Positions 1 to 10,755 are shown, counted from the first letter of the stretch. The stretch: DNA of 49,805 nucleotides from Candidatus Woesebacteria bacterium (GCA_013374835.1 CP055307.1:608963-658767), one strand, 5' to 3'. A program made the numbers and translations. Notes: generated by a model from the letters alone, not told the origin.

Positions 1-1
1 A

Positions 2-454
2 AAGTTTTTTTTTAGGATTGCGGGTATGAAAATTGGTAAAGGTAGTACTTTACACATGGGTTCTAGATTTTTTGATCCCAGAGGAGTAAGTGTAGGTGAA
101 GATACAATAATAGGGAACAATTGTTTATTGGATGGTCGGGATAAACTAAAAATTGGTAATCATGTAGATATAGCTTCCGAAGTAATGATTTATAATTCAG
201 AGCATGATATCAATGATCCCTATTTTACAGCCACACATGAACCCGTTGAGATCGAGGATTATGTTTTTATCGGGCCGCGTGCCATTATTTTGCCTGGTGT
301 GAGAATCTCCAAAGGCGCAGTTGTAGCAGCCGGATGTGTTGTTACAGCGAACGTATCCGAGTTCGAGATTGTAGGCGGAGTTCCTGGAAAGGTTATTGGC
401 AAAAGAAATAGAAACGTTAAGTACAGACTTGGAAGGCCAAGGCTTTTTCAATGA
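2..454 (+). CDS. Hexapeptide-repeat (LbH) acyltransferase, maltose/galactoside O-acetyltransferase-like; 5' end probably outside window
   Basis: Frame is open from base 2 (KFFFRIAGMKIG...). Hexapeptide repeats IGxxxxI; motifs IEDYVFIGPRAIILPGV and GAVVAAGCVVT, GGVPGK. Confidence 0.85.
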   Translation, partial: KFFFRIAGMKIGKGSTLHMGSRFFDPRGVSVGEDTIIGNNCLLDGRDKLKIGNHVDIASEVMIYNSEHDINDPYFTATHEPVEIEDYVFIGPRAIILPGVRISKGAVVAAGCVVTANVSEFEIVGGVPGKVIGKRNRNVKYRLGRPRLFQ

Positions 455-987
455 AAATTAGTTATTTATTAAATTTTTTGTTTTTTTTATTCTTTGTTTT
501 GTTTTTGATGTATTTGTTTGAACCGAGCCCTAGTTTTCCACCTCCTCCTCCGGATTCACTTCAATCCAATGAGCCTGCAGATACGGAATCGGGTTATAGA
601 CGGGCATATTTTACCAACTATACGAGAGAGCAGGTGATTATGCATTATAAAGCCCATTTTGGGCGATTGGTTGTGCTTAGGCTTAATTACTTTCCAGAGG
701 ATGCGGCTACATTAATTCGCGATCAGACGAGAAGCTATTATTTGGAAGAGCTTGTTCACCCGATGCGTGAGAGCCTTTTTATTAATGGTTTTGTACCGCA
801 GGAGGACAAAGATGATATATGGATTGAAAACAGACATTTCGAACAAAAAATTACCATCCGTTATATACCTACGGATAACAAAATAAGGCTTATTATTGGA
901 TTTCTAACCGGAATTTTGGGATATATTATTTTTAATTCGTGGATATCGGATTTAAAGGGGATTTATAAAAGATGGATTTATCAATAG
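451..987 (+). CDS. Hypothetical membrane protein with N- and C-terminal TM segments
   Basis: 178-aa ORF with ATGA overlap to the upstream stop, two hydrophobic ends and a PPPPP motif. No family recognised. Confidence 0.75.
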   Translation: MKISYLLNFLFFLFFVLFLMYLFEPSPSFPPPPPDSLQSNEPADTESGYRRAYFTNYTREQVIMHYKAHFGRLVVLRLNYFPEDAATLIRDQTRSYYLEELVHPMRESLFINGFVPQEDKDDIWIENRHFEQKITIRYIPTDNKIRLIIGFLTGILGYIIFNSWISDLKGIYKRWIYQ

Positions 988-1886
988 TAATAATTAGTTA
1001 TAACACTAAGGATGTTTTAAAGAATTGTATAGATTCAATTGCCAAATATGTTAAGAATTTGGATTTTGAGCTTATCGTGGTAGATAATGCTTCACATGAT
1101 GGATCTAGTGAATATCTAGAGAAAGAAGCCGCGCGAGGAAAGGTAAAGATAAAGCTTATAAAAAATAAAGAAAATGTCGGTTTTGCAGCGGCAAACAATC
1201 AAGGCATTGATGCTTCAAGTGGTGATTACATACTTTTTTTGAATTCGGACACTCTATTTAAAAATAATTTCTTGAAGGAAATGATTTCTTGGATGGAAAG
1301 AGGAGACGTTGGTGTTGCCGGAGTTGCTCTTAAAAACCCTGACGGTTCTTTGCAGGAGAATGGAGGGTATTTCCCCGGTTTAATGCAAGTAGTTTCCTGG
1401 ATGATTTTTCAGGATTTTATAATCACAGATTGGATTGTTAAACCATTCCATCCTTTAAGAGGGAATTCTTTTTTGAAAAATTATTCGTTTTATAATAAAG
1501 AGCGTGAATTGGATTGGCTGACCGGAGCTTTTATTCTAGTTAAGCGATCCGTAATTGATTCGGGTGTGAGATGGTGTGAAGATTATTTTATGTACACGGA
1601 AGACGTGGATTTTTGTTTTCAAGTTAAAAGAGCAGGCTTTCGTGTGGTTTATAATCCACGCTGGAGTATTATACACTTTGGGGGTGCAAGTGGAACCAGG
1701 GAAAGAACTGTTATTTCTGAATTTGCGGGTATTAAAATTTTTTATAAACGAAATTATTCGAAATTGAAGTATCCTTTTTTGATTTTGTTTTTGAAGATTG
1801 GAGCATTGGGAAGAGCAATCTTGTTTTTTTTGCTAGGAAAAAGGGAGCTATCCAGCATTTATGCTAAAGCTTTTAAGAAAATATAG
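972..1886 (+). CDS. GT2 glycosyltransferase (WbbL/rhamnosyltransferase-like)
   Basis: LSIVIISYN, VVDNAS.DGS, N.GFAAANNQG, LFLNSD, YFMYTEDVDFC, IIHFGGAS. Confidence 0.9.
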   Translation: MDLSIVIISYNTKDVLKNCIDSIAKYVKNLDFELIVVDNASHDGSSEYLEKEAARGKVKIKLIKNKENVGFAAANNQGIDASSGDYILFLNSDTLFKNNFLKEMISWMERGDVGVAGVALKNPDGSLQENGGYFPGLMQVVSWMIFQDFIITDWIVKPFHPLRGNSFLKNYSFYNKERELDWLTGAFILVKRSVIDSGVRWCEDYFMYTEDVDFCFQVKRAGFRVVYNPRWSIIHFGGASGTRERTVISEFAGIKIFYKRNYSKLKYPFLILFLKIGALGRAILFFLLGKRELSSIYAKAFKKI

Positions 1887-3168
1887 TTTAATAAAATATA
1901 CCGCAGCGGCGATACTTATAGTTGTACCGCTGTATCCTAAGTTTCCGTTTTTAGCTATTCCCGGTAGCCAGGTTTCTTTGAGACTTGAGGATATTCTTGT
2001 TTTAGTTGCTTTTATTGTTTTTTTAACACAATCTTTTTTGAATCAAAAAAATATTTTTCGGGACCCTGTGGTTGTGGCAATAATTCTTTATCTTGCGGTT
2101 GGGCTACTAAGTACGATTTCTTCTATTTTTTTGGTACAAACAGTTAAGCCTCATGTTGCACTGCTACATTGGCTACGTAGGGTTGAGTATATGAGCATGT
2201 TTTTTGTGGGATATGCATCTGTTAGAAATTCAAAGGATTTACATTTTTTTGTTAAATGTATTTTTTTGGTGGTATTTTTTGCGTTTTTATATGGGGTTGG
2301 TCAAAAGTATTTTAACTGGCCAGTAATTACTACTCAAAATGAGGAATATGCTAAGGGGATTGTATTAAGATATTTACCCGGAGGACATCTTGTTTCCACT
2401 TTTGCCGGGCATTATGATCTTGCTTCCTATATTATTCTAACGACTCCTGTCTTTGTTGCATTTTTTATGAATAGTAAAAAAAGTTTTGAAAACTACCTGA
2501 CTACAGTTATTTTTGTTTTTATGGGGACGTGGCTTTTAGTTAATGCCGCTTCAAGAATATCTTTGGTGTCTTATTTGGGTAGTGTTTCCTTTTCTTTATT
2601 TTTGATAAAAAAGTATAAATATATTCCAATTTTTATTTTATTTGTGATTATTTTTGTAGGGTTTACATCAAGACATCTTGTAGATCGCTATATCAGGATT
2701 ATAAACGTTGTTATGAAAGATAGGATTACATATGTTTCCGAAATAAGAGCTGCGGGAGAAAAAGCAAACCCAACTGCGGTGCCAGTTTTTGAAGATCGAT
2801 CAACTTCAATCAGGCTTAATGTAGAATGGCCAAGAGCTATGCGTGCTTTTTATAAGAATCCTATACTCGGTACGGGTTATTCTTCAATAGGTTTGGCGAC
2901 AGATAACGATTATTTAAGAATGATTGGTGAAACAGGTATTTTTGGTTTTTTTACGTTTCTACTGGTATTTTTCAGAAGTGTATATTCCTTGGTAGTTAAA
3001 ATTGTATTTTTAAAAGATACGGTTGGTAGATCTTTTGCAATAGGGATTGTTTCAGCGTTTTCTGGAATTTTATTGAACATGGTATTTATTGATATTCTTG
3101 AAGCATCAAAGTTTGCCATAAGTTTTTGGCTTTTATTAGGAATGGCTGTATCAACATCAAGAAATTAG
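1861..3168 (+). CDS. O-antigen ligase/Wzy_C family polytopic membrane protein
   Basis: About 11 TM segments; late periplasmic loop 'DRSTSIRLNVEWPRA...NPILGTGY...DNDYLRMIGETGIFG'. Confidence 0.75.
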   Translation: MLKLLRKYSLIKYTAAAILIVVPLYPKFPFLAIPGSQVSLRLEDILVLVAFIVFLTQSFLNQKNIFRDPVVVAIILYLAVGLLSTISSIFLVQTVKPHVALLHWLRRVEYMSMFFVGYASVRNSKDLHFFVKCIFLVVFFAFLYGVGQKYFNWPVITTQNEEYAKGIVLRYLPGGHLVSTFAGHYDLASYIILTTPVFVAFFMNSKKSFENYLTTVIFVFMGTWLLVNAASRISLVSYLGSVSFSLFLIKKYKYIPIFILFVIIFVGFTSRHLVDRYIRIINVVMKDRITYVSEIRAAGEKANPTAVPVFEDRSTSIRLNVEWPRAMRAFYKNPILGTGYSSIGLATDNDYLRMIGETGIFGFFTFLLVFFRSVYSLVVKIVFLKDTVGRSFAIGIVSAFSGILLNMVFIDILEASKFAISFWLLLGMAVSTSRN

Positions 3169-3172
3169 TTTT

Positions 3173-4642
3173 ATGAATATTAAAATTGATCGAGTAAAAT
3201 TATTTTCTATTTCTGAGTACTTTATTTTATCTTTAATAATAATCTTATCTTTTTTTGTAAGACTATATAAAATTAATTCTCCAATTGCAGACTGGCATTC
3301 ATGGAGGCAGGCCGATACGGCTTCTGTTTCAAGAAGATATCTTAATGAGGGAATTGATCTGTTAAGGCCAAGATATTATGACATTTCCTCTATTCAGACT
3401 GGAAAATTTAATCCCGAAGGTTTCCGTTTTGTTGAGTTTCCGATTTTTAATGTGATACATTTGTTTTTTTATTCTAATTTTGAATCTATTTTATCTTTTG
3501 AGGCCACAGGCAGGATGGTTTCAGTTATTTCTTCGATTTTTTCTCTGATATTAATTTATCTTATTTTAAAAAGGCTTTCGAACCGTTGGGTTGGACTAAT
3601 GGGCGCCTTTTTTTACGGATCAATGCCGTTTAATATTTATTTTAATCGAACGGTGCTCCCGGAACCCTTGGCTGTTTGTTTTTCACTTTTGGGCTTGTAT
3701 CTATTTGTTGAATATATTTTACGCGATAAAACTATTTTTGTTTTGTTGTCCGGGATTAGTTTTTCATTGGGAATCCTTACCAAGCCTTATATTGTTTTTT
3801 ATGGATTGCCAGTTATGTATTTAGCATACAAAAAATTTGGGTTTATCGGTTTGTTTCGAAATAAAGCTTTGCTTATTTCCTTGGATATTGCTCTTATTCC
3901 TTTTTTTTTGTGGAGAGGGTGGATGAATAAAGATCAGTTTTTTATAGGAATACCCCATACTCAATGGATTTTTAATGGAGACGGTATAAGGTTTAAGCCG
4001 TCTTTTTGGAGATGGATATTCGGCGAGAGGGTGGGAACAATGATTCTTGGAGTTTGGGGGGTTGTGCCTTTTGTTTACGGTATTTCTGCTTCTATCCGGT
4101 ATATTAAAAGGTATTCGATGTTTATTTTGTATCTTCTTGCCGGAACAGCGGTTTATCTTTCTGTTGTTGCGACAGCCAACGTAAAGCATGATTATTACCA
4201 AATTTTAATTATTCCTTCGATTTGTATGGCTCTTTCATACGGAGTTTATTATTTAGTAAAAGAAACCGAATTTGTAATTGATAAAATATTATTATTTTTT
4301 TGCATTTTTATGATGGTTGGCATAGGGTTTTATGAGGTTAGAGGCTTTTATTCGATAAATCATCCGGAGATTATAGAGGCAGGAGGCGCTATAGATAAAT
4401 TTACGGATATGAATGCGCTTGTTGTAGCGCCTTACAATGGGGACACAACTCTTTTGTATTATACCAAGCGCGTCGGCTGGCCAGTGGTAGATACTTCTTT
4501 TGAAAAACTAATTGAAAGAGGAGCCTCTTACTATGTGTCGGTTAGCAAGGGAGATTCTGATACTGTTACGTTAAAATCAAGATATAAAACTTTGTTAGAA
4601 GAAGAAAACTATATTATTATTGATTTACGTAAACCATTATAA
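3173..4642 (+). CDS. GT-C fold glycosyltransferase (ArnT/PMT, GT83/GT39-like)
   Basis: Many TMs; first-loop motif 'DWHSWRQADTA', 'EFPIFN', 'GRMVS', 'PEPLA', 'TKPY'. Confidence 0.75.
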   Translation: MNIKIDRVKLFSISEYFILSLIIILSFFVRLYKINSPIADWHSWRQADTASVSRRYLNEGIDLLRPRYYDISSIQTGKFNPEGFRFVEFPIFNVIHLFFYSNFESILSFEATGRMVSVISSIFSLILIYLILKRLSNRWVGLMGAFFYGSMPFNIYFNRTVLPEPLAVCFSLLGLYLFVEYILRDKTIFVLLSGISFSLGILTKPYIVFYGLPVMYLAYKKFGFIGLFRNKALLISLDIALIPFFLWRGWMNKDQFFIGIPHTQWIFNGDGIRFKPSFWRWIFGERVGTMILGVWGVVPFVYGISASIRYIKRYSMFILYLLAGTAVYLSVVATANVKHDYYQILIIPSICMALSYGVYYLVKETEFVIDKILLFFCIFMMVGIGFYEVRGFYSINHPEIIEAGGAIDKFTDMNALVVAPYNGDTTLLYYTKRVGWPVVDTSFEKLIERGASYYVSVSKGDSDTVTLKSRYKTLLEEENYIIIDLRKPL

Positions 4643-4649
4643 AAGTCTT

Positions 4650-5867
4650 ATGAAAATACTTCTTTTGGTGCCTTTTTTGCCTAATACAAAAACTTCAGGG
4701 GGACAGACCCGTTGGTATAACATTATTAAATATCTTTCAAAGAATCATGAAATAACGCTTTTTTCTCTTATCAAGGATGATTCGGAGAAAAAATTTATAC
4801 CAGATCTCGAGAAATATTGCAAAAAAGTCAGAGTTTTTAGAAGACCAAAATCTCCATGGGCATTTAGAAATTTATTTTTTACCTTGTTTACTCCTTATCC
4901 GCTGTTGGTAGTAAGAAATTTTTCTTTAAGCGAAAGGAGGGCTATTGGACGAGAGCTTGCAAGCGGAGATTATGATCTTATTCATGCGGAGACTTTTTAT
5001 GTTATGCCTCATATTCCAAAGACAGACGTTCCTTCAATAATGGTTGAACAAACGATAGAATATCAGGTTTATAAGCATTTTGTTGATAGTAAAATTCCTT
5101 GGTTTTTAAGACCTTTTTTGATGATCGATATTGTTAAGCTTCGTTTTTGGGAGATATATTATTGGAAAAAGACAGATAGACTCGTAGCGGTTTCGAATGA
5201 TGACAGGATTTTTATGCAAAAGCTTGTACCAGGGATTGATGTAGATGTTATTCCCAATGGGGTTGATTGTGGTTTTTATTCTTCCAAGAAAGTTCCTAAG
5301 AAACATCCGCCACGCGTAATGTATGGTGTTACAAATTTTGAGTGGCTTCAGAATCTGGAGGCGGTTGAGGTGCTGGTTAATGATGTTTGGCCACTGATTC
5401 GGTCTCGCTATAAAAGCGCTATATTGTGGCTTGTTGGCAGGATGATACCTCAGAGATTTGTGGAGTTGTCAAAAAAGCGAGATGATATTGAAGTGACGGA
5501 GTCGATAGAAGACCCAAGAGATGCTTATTTATCTTCTTACGTGATGGTTACGCCAATTAGAAGTTCAGGCGGAACGAGACTAAAGGTTTTGGAAGCAATG
5601 GCGAGTGGATTGCCCATAGTATCAACTTCTAATGGTGTTGCCGGTTTAGGTTTGACTCCTAATGTTCATGCTTTGATAAGCGATACAAACGAGGGTATGG
5701 CACGCGAAACTGTAAAATTGTTAAAAAATGCTAGTTTAAGATCAAAAATAGGGAATAATGGTAAAAAGTTTGTGGTTGAGAATTATGATTGGAAAAGTAT
5801 TGTCAAACTTCATGACGGGATATATAAAAAAGCTTTAATTGGGGTTAAAAAACATGGAAAAAATTAA
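4650..5867 (+). CDS. GT4 glycosyltransferase
   Basis: MKILLL start at 4650 chosen over 4620; SGGQTR; 'GGTRLKVLEAMASGLPIVST'. Confidence 0.9.
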   Translation: MKILLLVPFLPNTKTSGGQTRWYNIIKYLSKNHEITLFSLIKDDSEKKFIPDLEKYCKKVRVFRRPKSPWAFRNLFFTLFTPYPLLVVRNFSLSERRAIGRELASGDYDLIHAETFYVMPHIPKTDVPSIMVEQTIEYQVYKHFVDSKIPWFLRPFLMIDIVKLRFWEIYYWKKTDRLVAVSNDDRIFMQKLVPGIDVDVIPNGVDCGFYSSKKVPKKHPPRVMYGVTNFEWLQNLEAVEVLVNDVWPLIRSRYKSAILWLVGRMIPQRFVELSKKRDDIEVTESIEDPRDAYLSSYVMVTPIRSSGGTRLKVLEAMASGLPIVSTSNGVAGLGLTPNVHALISDTNEGMARETVKLLKNASLRSKIGNNGKKFVVENYDWKSIVKLHDGIYKKALIGVKKHGKN

Positions 5868-6750
5868 ACTTTCTATTGTGCTTCTAAATTATAAGACTTT
5901 TGAAATAACTGATTCTTGCATTGATTCAATCAAAAAAAGCAAGCCTAAAATTAAATATGAAATTATTGTTATTGATAATGGTTCTTTTGATGGGAGCAGT
6001 GAAAAACTGGCACAAAAGCATGAAGATATTAAGTTAATTCAAAATAAGAGGAACCTTGGTTTTGCACGGGGAAACAATGCTGCTATGGGTTATGTGCGTG
6101 GGGAATATATTTTATTTTTGAATACAGATACGCTCGTTGAAAAAGATACTCTCGAGATGTGTGCAACCTATTTAGACAAAAATGAAGATGTAGGCGCTAT
6201 TACTTGTAAACAGGTTTTGCCGGATGGGTCTATAGATAAAGATTCGAGAAGATCTTTCCCTACACCTTGGGTTGCCTTCACACATTTTTCTGGGCTTGAT
6301 AGGGTGTTTCCGAGATCAAAGATCTTTGCCCGATATTGGTATGGCTACCTTGATCCGGACAAAACTTATGAGATAGAAGTTGCCCAAGGAGCTTTTATTA
6401 TGACCAGAAAGAGAATTCTTGATGAAATTGGGTGGTTTGATGAAGATTATTTTCTTGATGGAGAGGATATTGATTTGAGCTGGAAAATAAGAGAATTGGG
6501 TAAAAAAATTATTTATTATCCGAAGGTAAAAATTATTCATTTTAAAGGTTACACAAAAGGGAAAAATAAGTATTTTAAGAAAGAGAAAAAAAGAGAAAGA
6601 AAAAGTTTTGTTCTTGCGGGCGTTAACTCGATGGAGATTTTTTATAGAAAGAGGATGTGGGATAAATATCCGTTAATTCTTAATTACATTGTTTTACTTG
6701 GAATAAAGTTTATTAAAATTAACAGGTTGGTAAAATTATATTTGTCATGA
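5854..6750 (+). CDS. GT2 glycosyltransferase (WbbL-like)
   Basis: LSIVLLNY, IDNGSFDGS, NLGFARGNN, LFLNTD, FDEDYFLDGEDIDLS; start 5854 (MEKIKL) preferred. Confidence 0.9.
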   Translation: MEKIKLSIVLLNYKTFEITDSCIDSIKKSKPKIKYEIIVIDNGSFDGSSEKLAQKHEDIKLIQNKRNLGFARGNNAAMGYVRGEYILFLNTDTLVEKDTLEMCATYLDKNEDVGAITCKQVLPDGSIDKDSRRSFPTPWVAFTHFSGLDRVFPRSKIFARYWYGYLDPDKTYEIEVAQGAFIMTRKRILDEIGWFDEDYFLDGEDIDLSWKIRELGKKIIYYPKVKIIHFKGYTKGKNKYFKKEKKRERKSFVLAGVNSMEIFYRKRMWDKYPLILNYIVLLGIKFIKINRLVKLYLS

Positions 6751-7874
6751 AAATATTAATTGATGCGAGACTTTACGGATTGGAAAATACGGGAATCGGG
6801 AGGTATAGTTTTCATTTGGTTAACGAGCTTTCCAAGATGGACAAAAGCAGTGAGTATTTTTTGCTCCTGAGAGAAAAATATTATAAAACTCTTTCTTTAC
6901 CCAAAAATTTCCATAAAATATTGGCTAAATCAAGGCATTATAGCTTTTATGAACAGATTGAGATCCCGAAATTGATAAGAAATGTAAATCCAGATATTAG
7001 CCATTTTCTTCATTTTAATGTCCCTCTTTTTTATAAAGGAAGATATTTGGTTACTATTCATGATCTTTTAATGCATAGGCAAAAATCCCGAGATGCAAGT
7101 ACGCTTAATCCTTTGTTTTATGGAGTAAAAAGGTTGGGGTATGGGGTTGTTTTTAAAAATGCGGTTTTAAATGCCAAATCGATTATTGTTCCTACAAATA
7201 CAATTCGTGAGGAGCTTGGTGCCTTTTATAAGATTGATATGAAGAAAATTGAGGTTATTTACGAGGGTGTTGAGCTGAATAAGGAAAAGGACAAAGATTC
7301 CAAGTGTTTGAGAGAAAAGCTTCCGAAAAAATACTTTATTTATGCTGGGAATGCTTATCCTCACAAAAATTTGGAAAGGGTTATTGAAGCAATAGTTTTT
7401 TTAAACAAAACAAAGTTTGGTGAGGATGAACCTGTTAAACTTGTTCTTGTGATACCAAGGGGTGTTTTTAGAGAAAGATTGAAAGATAAAATCAAGAAAT
7501 ATAATGCAGGACAATATGTAGAAATTTTAGGATATTTGGAGGATTGGGAGCTCGCATATTGTTACAGTAATTCTCTTGCTTTTGTTTACCCATCGTTTTA
7601 TGAAGGTTTTGGACTTCCTGGACTAGAGGCAATTAAAAGCGGTACTCTTTCGTTAGTTTCCAATATAGCAGTATTCAGGGAAGTTTATAAAAATTATGCA
7701 ATTTATTTTAATCCCTATGACTTTTCGGCAATAGAGCGTGCTATGGAGGACGTTCTGACAATGGAGGATTCTAAAAGAAAAAAAATGATATCAGAAGGCA
7801 AGAGATATGTGTCTAAATTTTCTTGGTCAGATACAGCTAGAAACACTTTAGATTTGTATGAGAAATCAGTATAA
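6747..7874 (+). CDS. GT4 glycosyltransferase (mannosyltransferase-like)
   Basis: MKILIDAR, TGIGRY, TIHDL, PHKN, 'YPSFYEGFGLPGLEA'. Confidence 0.9.
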   Translation: MKILIDARLYGLENTGIGRYSFHLVNELSKMDKSSEYFLLLREKYYKTLSLPKNFHKILAKSRHYSFYEQIEIPKLIRNVNPDISHFLHFNVPLFYKGRYLVTIHDLLMHRQKSRDASTLNPLFYGVKRLGYGVVFKNAVLNAKSIIVPTNTIREELGAFYKIDMKKIEVIYEGVELNKEKDKDSKCLREKLPKKYFIYAGNAYPHKNLERVIEAIVFLNKTKFGEDEPVKLVLVIPRGVFRERLKDKIKKYNAGQYVEILGYLEDWELAYCYSNSLAFVYPSFYEGFGLPGLEAIKSGTLSLVSNIAVFREVYKNYAIYFNPYDFSAIERAMEDVLTMEDSKRKKMISEGKRYVSKFSWSDTARNTLDLYEKSV

Positions 7875-8967
7875 ACGCGTTGCTGTTGTTTATGACAGGG
7901 TTAATAAATGGGGAGGTGCAGAGAGGCTTTTGCTTTCTATAAGAAAAGTTTATCCCAATTCGGTTTTATTTACTTCGCTTTATGATCCCGGCAGAGCTTT
8001 GTGGGCAAGTGAATTTAGTGATGTTCGAACATCGTTTCTGAATAGGTTTCCTTTTTTAAGATCAAGACACGAATTTGTATTTTTTTTGATGCCTTTGGTT
8101 TTTGAGTCTTTTGATTTTTCGGATTTTGATCTTGTAGTTAGTGTCACCAGCGAGGCTTCAAAAGGCGTTATCACAGGAGTTGATACTAAGCATGTATGTA
8201 TATGTTTGACTCCTACAAGGTATCTTTGGAGTGGTTATTTTGATTATTTTGATTCAAAAATAAAAAGATTTTTTTTTAATCCGATTGTTAAATATATGAA
8301 ATGGTGGGATAGTGCGGCTTCATATAGAGCGGATCTGATGATTGGTATATCAAGCGAGGTGGTGCAAAGGATTAAAAAGTATTATGGTAGGAATGCAGAG
8401 CTTTTGTATCCACCGATAGAAAAGTTTAAAGCTCAAAGTGTAAAGTTTAAAGTTGATGGATTAGTAATAAGGGATTTTAAAGATTATTATCTTTGCGTGG
8501 GAAGGCTTGTTAAATACAAAAAGCACGAGATACTAATTGAGGCATTTAATGAAATGGGTAAGAAACTTTTGATTGTAGGAGAAGGTAGGGAAGAAAAAAA
8601 GCTTAAAAAAATGGCGAAAAATAATATTTTGTTTACCAAAAATATAAGCGATGAACAATTGGTGTTTCTTTATAAGAATTGCCGCGGTTTGATTTGTCCA
8701 CAAGAGGAAGATTTCGGTTTAGTTATGGCTGAGGCTCAATCACTTGGTATGCCGGTTATTTCTTTTGCCCGAGGTGGGGCTGCTGATATAGTAGTTCATG
8801 GCAAGACGGGAGTGTTGTTTGAAAAACAGACGAAAGAATCTATAATTAACGCTATAGAATATTTTGAAAAACAAAAATTTGATAGAAATGAGATAATTAA
8901 AAACACAAAAAGGTTTGAATTTGATAATTTTAAGAAAAGATTATTAGAATTAATAGAAAATGCTTAA
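7858..8967 (+). CDS. GT4 glycosyltransferase (WbaZ-like mannosyltransferase)
   Basis: 'VAVVYDRVNKWGGAER', 'CLTPTRYLW', 'EEDFGLVMAEAQSLGMPVI'. Confidence 0.88.
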   Translation: MRNQYKRVAVVYDRVNKWGGAERLLLSIRKVYPNSVLFTSLYDPGRALWASEFSDVRTSFLNRFPFLRSRHEFVFFLMPLVFESFDFSDFDLVVSVTSEASKGVITGVDTKHVCICLTPTRYLWSGYFDYFDSKIKRFFFNPIVKYMKWWDSAASYRADLMIGISSEVVQRIKKYYGRNAELLYPPIEKFKAQSVKFKVDGLVIRDFKDYYLCVGRLVKYKKHEILIEAFNEMGKKLLIVGEGREEKKLKKMAKNNILFTKNISDEQLVFLYKNCRGLICPQEEDFGLVMAEAQSLGMPVISFARGGAADIVVHGKTGVLFEKQTKESIINAIEYFEKQKFDRNEIIKNTKRFEFDNFKKRLLELIENA

Positions 8968-10087
8968 GAAAAAGGCTTCTTACAAGGATCATCTTTATGC
9001 ATTAATACTTGCAGGTGGAGGGGGTACGAGGCTTTGGCCTAAGTCTACAAATAAAAATCCAAAGCAATTTTTGAAGATATTTGAGGGAAAAACGCTGATG
9101 CAGATTACTTATGAGCGTTTTTCTAAGATTCTTCCTAAGGAAAGGATTTTTTGTGTAACAGTGTCTAACGAGTATAAAGCAGAAATACTCAGAGAGATTC
9201 CCGGCTTTATTTCTCAAAATATATTAGTTGAGCCGGCTAGGCGTGAAACTGGACCGGCGCATGGCCTCGGAGCTATTTATATATATAGGAAGGATCCTGA
9301 TGCGGTTATCATTACGGAATCAGCAGATAGATTAGTTAAGCCTGTTTCTAGCTATTTAAAGATTCTTAAGGTTGCAGCGCGTGTTGCTTATGAAAGACGA
9401 GCAATGGTGGCTATAGGTGTTGAGCCTAGATATGCACATGTCGGTTATGGACATATTAAGAAGGGGAGGAAGCTTGATGTTATGAAAAACGTAAATATTT
9501 ATTCTCTTTCAAAATTTGTGGAAAAGCCTCCTTTGGCTTTGGCAAGGAAATACACAGAGAGTGGAGAGTATTTTTGGAATGCTGGCCAGTTTGTTTGGAG
9601 AGCCGATGTACTTTTGAATTCACTTTCTAAGTACGCACCAGATGTTAAATCCTCTCTTGATAAAATAGCATCTAAGCTTGGTACAAAGGAAGAGGGTAGA
9701 GTTTTAAAAGAAGTGTATGAGAAAGAAATGCCCAAAATTTCAATTGATTACGCGGTGGCAGAAAAGGATAAAAATTTTTTGCTTGTTATTGCAGATTTTT
9801 TTTGGACTGATATAGGAGACTGGAAAGAGGTTTGGGAGAATCTTAAAAAGGATGATCTGGGAAATGTGATTATTGACGGAAAAGCTCCTGGTGGGGAGGT
9901 TGTTAATCTTGACACATCAGATGCGCTAATACATACAGACGGCAGGTTGATTGCTCTTGTTGATGTGGATAATATAGTGGTTGTGGATACAAAGGATGCA
10001 CTTTTGATTTGTAGCAAAAGCAGGGCCCAGAATGTAAAGCAGATAGTAAACAGACTAAAGGAACTTAAAAAAATAAAATATTTGTAG
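8960..10087 (+). CDS. manC: Mannose-1-phosphate guanylyltransferase (no PMI domain)
   Basis: ILAGGGGTRLWPKS..PKQFL, EPARRETGPA, FVEKP, WNAG.F, SIDYAVAEK, WTDIGDW. Confidence 0.92.
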   Translation: MLKKKASYKDHLYALILAGGGGTRLWPKSTNKNPKQFLKIFEGKTLMQITYERFSKILPKERIFCVTVSNEYKAEILREIPGFISQNILVEPARRETGPAHGLGAIYIYRKDPDAVIITESADRLVKPVSSYLKILKVAARVAYERRAMVAIGVEPRYAHVGYGHIKKGRKLDVMKNVNIYSLSKFVEKPPLALARKYTESGEYFWNAGQFVWRADVLLNSLSKYAPDVKSSLDKIASKLGTKEEGRVLKEVYEKEMPKISIDYAVAEKDKNFLLVIADFFWTDIGDWKEVWENLKKDDLGNVIIDGKAPGGEVVNLDTSDALIHTDGRLIALVDVDNIVVVDTKDALLICSKSRAQNVKQIVNRLKELKKIKYL

Positions 10088-10097
10088 TCTACTTTTT

Positions 10098-10742
10098 ATG
10101 ATTTCTTACGAAACAACTAAACGGATTATTGATATTTTCGGATCAATAATTTTAATAATAATTTTTTTACCTGTTATTGTAGTAGCCGCGATTGCTATAA
10201 AATTTACATCAAAAGGCCCTGTTTTGGCAGATACGCCCCAACGTGTTGGTAAAGACGGGAAACCTTTTTATACATATAAGTTTAGAACGATGATTGTGAA
10301 TGCCCATGATTTACTTAAAACAGATCCTAAGTTTAAGAAAATATACAGGGAGCTTCTAAATTCAGGTAATTATAAATTAAAGAACGACCCAAGAGTTACT
10401 CCTATTGGAAAAATTTTGAGAAAGCATTCTATAGATGAGGTACCTCAGTTGATAAATGTTTTGAAGGGAGAGATGAGTTTGGTGGGACCGAGACCATATT
10501 ATGCGGATGAACTTGAAGTTCAACAGAAAAAATATCCCGGTACGGATAAATATGTTAAGCAAATGTTGGCTGCAAAACCCGGTATTACTGGGTTTTGGCA
10601 GGTTTCGGGCAGAAGTGATGTAAATTTTGACAAAAGAATAAGAATGGATGCTTATTATGCGAGAAAAAAGTCATTAATTCTTGATATACTTATTCTTCTT
10701 AAAACTCCTTGGGTGATGATATCGGGAAAAGGTGCTGCCTGA
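10098..10742 (+). CDS. Priming polyprenyl-phosphate sugar-1-phosphate transferase (WcaJ/WbaP/CpsE catalytic-domain family)
   Basis: KRIIDI, KFRTM, DPRVTPIGKILRK.SIDEVPQL.NVLKGEMSLVGPRP, KPGITGFWQVSGR. Confidence 0.93.
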   Translation: MISYETTKRIIDIFGSIILIIIFLPVIVVAAIAIKFTSKGPVLADTPQRVGKDGKPFYTYKFRTMIVNAHDLLKTDPKFKKIYRELLNSGNYKLKNDPRVTPIGKILRKHSIDEVPQLINVLKGEMSLVGPRPYYADELEVQQKKYPGTDKYVKQMLAAKPGITGFWQVSGRSDVNFDKRIRMDAYYARKKSLILDILILLKTPWVMISGKGAA

Positions 10743-10755
10743 TACAATTAAAATT

